From Chrysomallon squamiferum (taxonomy: Eukaryota; Animalia; Mollusca): a stretch of 64,000 bases of DNA. The stretch covers positions 21,018,001 through 21,082,000 of the forward strand of contig CM022672.1 of assembly GCA_012295275.1 (NCBI GenBank), in the 5' to 3' direction. Below, in pieces: positions 60,062-64,000 of the stretch. The notes below the pieces were generated by a model, which saw only the letters and a list, made by a program, of their open reading frames with translations, made no database searches and was not told where the DNA came from. Every line of letters starts with the position of its first letter. Position 1 is the first letter of the stretch. Position numbers and translations under genes: made by a program.

Positions 60062-60768
60062 CAGTATTCCCTCGCTATTCGCGGGGGTTACGTTCTTTTA
60101 CCCCCGCGAATAGCGAAAAACCGCGAATATTGGATGCATTTTAAAACGTCTATTATGAGATTATATACGGTACTAAATGCTTCCCAAACATTTTCTAAAG
60201 ACACTCTTACTCATTAATACAGTAATAATGTAGTAATATTGCATGCAGTTATGTATTTCACTAATGTAGTAATGATAATGTAAACACATTTTAATTTTGT
60301 ACTGAAACAATATTTTAATCAGAAAGAAACGTAAGTACATGAGGACAGTAACACCGCATAGCATAGTTACCCATACAGTATTACTGCACCGTAAAGTCAT
60401 TTTCTATGCGTACAACATATGTATTAGAATTGACAGAAAGTGGAACAAATTTAAAGGCAAAACAGACAGATAAATACAGTACGCACAGTTCAGGTAATAA
60501 TATGCAATTAAAAAAAACATTATTAATACACGGTCACAAAAAATATGCACTGTATATACAGTGTATGCATTTATAAAAAAAATACGTACTGTATTGCAAT
60601 AATAACTGAAAAAATTTGATATTGTTTGTGCGGTTTACCGAGCATTTGTTTTTATGACGTTATGACGCTAGCCTGGTATACCAGCATACGATGCGATAGG
60701 GTTAAGAGCCTAACCCGCGAATATGCGGGGCCGCGAATGGGGAACCGCGTATAGGTGAGGGTATACTG
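60062..60768. mobile_element. Tigger/pogo-type non-autonomous DNA transposon
   Basis: TA|CAGTATTCCCTCGCTATTCGCGG ... CCGCGTATAGGTGAGGGTATACTG|TA, with subterminal ccgcgaat repeats and an internal hairpin at 60073-60116. Confidence 0.88.
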
Positions 60769-61807
60769 TATACATATATACGCTTTTATTTTTATGTTAT
60801 TAAGTTTCTATATTAAAATCAGTCATATAAATTATATATATGTATTATTTATATCTTTCACTAAACACATACACACATACATACACACATACACACATAC
60901 ACACATACATATTTACATACAAGCATTCATTACATAGGCCTTCACATCTTGTAAGTTATTTCCAAAAATAACCCCTTATTTTAACTGGTAATTTCGCTTT
61001 TAAACAGTCCATATACAGTTTTTTAGCGAAACCTTTTCTTCTTCTTCATGTCTTGTTGTCAAAAATAACAACAGTGGTATTAAGAACTGATGAGCTGATT
61101 AAAACAAAACAAAAAAAAAATAAAATAAAATAAAATAAAATAAATTAAATAAAAAACATTCTAATTTATTTACGAGAAAGAAACTGCTGTCCTGTCTCGC
61201 AATATTGAAAGGTTTTGAATTGTCAAACAACGAAAGCTCGATGCTTTAAATCTTGTCAGTTCTTTCTTCAGAATATTATTTCTTTGTCTGATGTTTTTCA
61301 TACAGCACAGCCTGATTAGTGTGTGTGTGTGTGTGTGGGGGGGGGGGTTAAACAAAGAAACAGAAGAACAAGAAAATCATTAAATATTAGGTGCAGAACG
61401 GCGCCGTGCAATCATCCACAACGACGTTTCCAACTGAACGTCGATGGCAAATGAACTGGTAAATATCTTTGTTATAAAGATAAAAAAAAAAAATATATAT
61501 ATATATAAAACAAAACAAAAATTACTACGGTTTAATGGTATTTCAGTTAACTTCAGCTGGGAAAATTGATTAGATATACGAGCAAATTGAGATGCGAGCT
61601 CGGTCAGGTATCACTGTACATATATTTTTAATTACATAATTTTAAGTAACTACATCCATAAAATGTTTCTGTTCTGGTTCTATTTGGTTATCTAATTATC
61701 TCTAATGATGTCAGTGATGATAATAATGGTAGCATCATATTGTTGTTTTTGTTGCTATATATAAACATATACATATACATATACATATATATATATATAT
61801 GTGTATG

Positions 61808-61900
<93 letters not shown>

Positions 61901-62002
61901 ATATATATATTACAAAGAGGGGAGACTCAGTCAGTTGTGTTTATTTGCTGTCATAGTCTTGGAAAATAGAGCCTTTGTCAATAATATGTGTTTTCTAGAT
62001 AG

Positions 62003-62049
<47 letters not shown>

Positions 62050-62089
62050 AAAAAGGTAATTCGAATTAACACATGAAATATGTCTTTCT

Positions 62090-62137
<48 letters not shown>

Positions 62138-62329
62138 TATAAATGTACACCTAATGTAAACGAGAAACGAACCGAAACGTATAAAATTATGATTATGTTA
62201 AAGAATACATATTACATTTCTGAATTACGTTAGGCCTATATCCTAATTATCATCACAACTTGTTTTCTGTAATTCCAAACCAAAAGTTAATTCAGCGTAT
62301 GCAATACTTTTTATGTATATATTTATAAA

Positions 62330-62575
62330 GCCAGGCGTCAGAATCGGCGAGCGCCGAGTTACGAAGTGACATTTAGGTCGGATCAGGTCACGTGATAGGT
62401 GGGCGGTACCAAAATATTCTCATTAGTTCCGTTTCGTGATGTAGTGTTTTCCAGTAAATCTTCAATAATCGACATTTTGTAATCCATTTTATGTTACACT
62501 CATGTGTTTCGGGTCAAGTGATGTGCTAGTACTGTGACTGTCTCTTTCAGATGGGCCAAATTACTACAGAAAACG
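62330..62575 (+). promoter_or_regulatory. CpG-rich candidate promoter and first exons of a downstream gene
   Basis: E-box CACGTG, GC box GGGCGG, and a small exon ctttcAG|ATGGGCCAAATTACTACAGAAAACG|GTAAAG (62551-62575). Sequence after about 62.8 kb becomes CpG-poor, like a gene body. Confidence 0.45.
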
Positions 62576-62902
62576 GTAAAGAATTTCTACTTTCTGTTCA
62601 TCGATAACGCTTAGGAAATATACTACTTTCCAAACGTATGTCATTGTTGAAAATCTGCTCACGTATACTAATTTTACAACACGTTTTGTATGCCACAATT
62701 TCTTTGCTTTTAGTATACATGAATTTGATTTGAGTCCTTAAAAAACCCAGAACAATAATAAAAATTAGCAAACGATAACTTTTAATAAAAAATAATAATA
62801 TTATTGGTTTGTATCATTAAACGCTTTAAGTTTCACAAAGCAAAATTGTAATGGAAGTAAAATAATTAGTACTTGACTTTACTATATCCGTTTAATTAAT
62901 CA

Positions 62903-62942
<40 letters not shown>

Positions 62943-63030
62943 GATTCATATAGGCTATTACCTTATTTTTACATTTTATTTATATAAATATTTTGATAAT
63001 ATCTTGCAGTCAGTGTTATTTGATAATTTT

Positions 63031-63088
<58 letters not shown>

Positions 63089-64000
63089 TCAAACACTTAA
63101 TAAACTAAACTGGGGATAAATACATAAGCAATCCAGATTCTCTAAATGACATAGAACTGGTTAATAAAACCAGTTAATTCCAGATACATTACAAGAATTA
63201 CAGAAAACTTAATTACATTAATATTCAGATTAATAATTTAATTATACAAAATATGATAGGAAAGTTTGTTCAAGAATGCTAAAAGATATTAAATTACGAC
63301 GATATAATAATATAAGCAATAACACCAACAGGAATATCAAAATAATCTTAAATATACATGAACAGTAATCAAATAATCAGTTATTATTGATGTTGTTATG
63401 ATATTGATAATTACTGTATGATTATTATTATTATTATTATTTCAAATCTTAGAATTAAAAAAAGAAAGAAAGGAAAATATTAATAATTATAATAAAATAA
63501 ATAAATAAATAAAAATAAAAAGGAAACAAAGGAAAAATAAAAAATAAAAAGATGCTTTGAAGATTCATAAAAATAGTTCAGTGTATTTATAAGTATTGGA
63601 GGAATATAAAACCAGTAATATCTGTCCATTATCAAATCATGCTTAATCAAATATTAACTCTTTGAAAATAGTTATCAGTCTTTTCCACAAATAATTATAT
63701 TACGCAGTAGAATTTTGAACCTGGATAAGTTCATTTTTTAAAAATAAACTTTCTGTCCAGTCTTTCTTTGATCCTTATTTTCAAAGCATTCTCTCTGTAA
63801 TTTTAATAAAACCAAACTTTGCCAAAACAAATTACAATGTCAGAATGTCACATATGCCAGTATAGAGGATGTTTATAGTTTCTGTGTTTTCTTAATTAGA
63901 CCACTGCCAGACAAAGGCATTCACTGTTAATAATTTATAAACTGCTGGAGAAATTAATTTGTCTTGGGAGAGAGCAGATACAGTAGAAGTAATGCAAATG

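Overview
AT-rich, microsatellite-dense eukaryotic DNA with GT-AG introns. It looks molluscan, possibly an octopod cephalopod, but that is an impression only. Genes reconstructed by hand from splice sites and frame: (1,2) two tandem minus-strand, two-exon paralogues encoding secreted proproteins (signal peptide, acidic propeptide, furin site, Tyr-rich mature domain); (3) a 97-aa coiled-coil gene with uORFs and probably a ~5.4-kb 3'UTR; (4) a 12-coding-exon aromatic L-amino acid decarboxylase (Ddc) with a 1-nt frameshift in coding exon 2 and a decayed Tc1 element in the first coding intron; (5) a 6-coding-exon BiP/HSPA5-like Hsp70 ending in REDL, with an ERSE-like promoter; (6) a small single-pass membrane protein gene whose N-terminus I could not resolve; (7) probably the 5' end of another gene near 62.4 kb. 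Several MITEs and minisatellites are present. The most interesting item is the secreted pair: their shared mature domain resembles, from memory and without a search, a bacterial CdiA/polymorphic-toxin C-terminal RNase-type domain rebuilt as a cysteine-containing, furin-activated animal proprotein.
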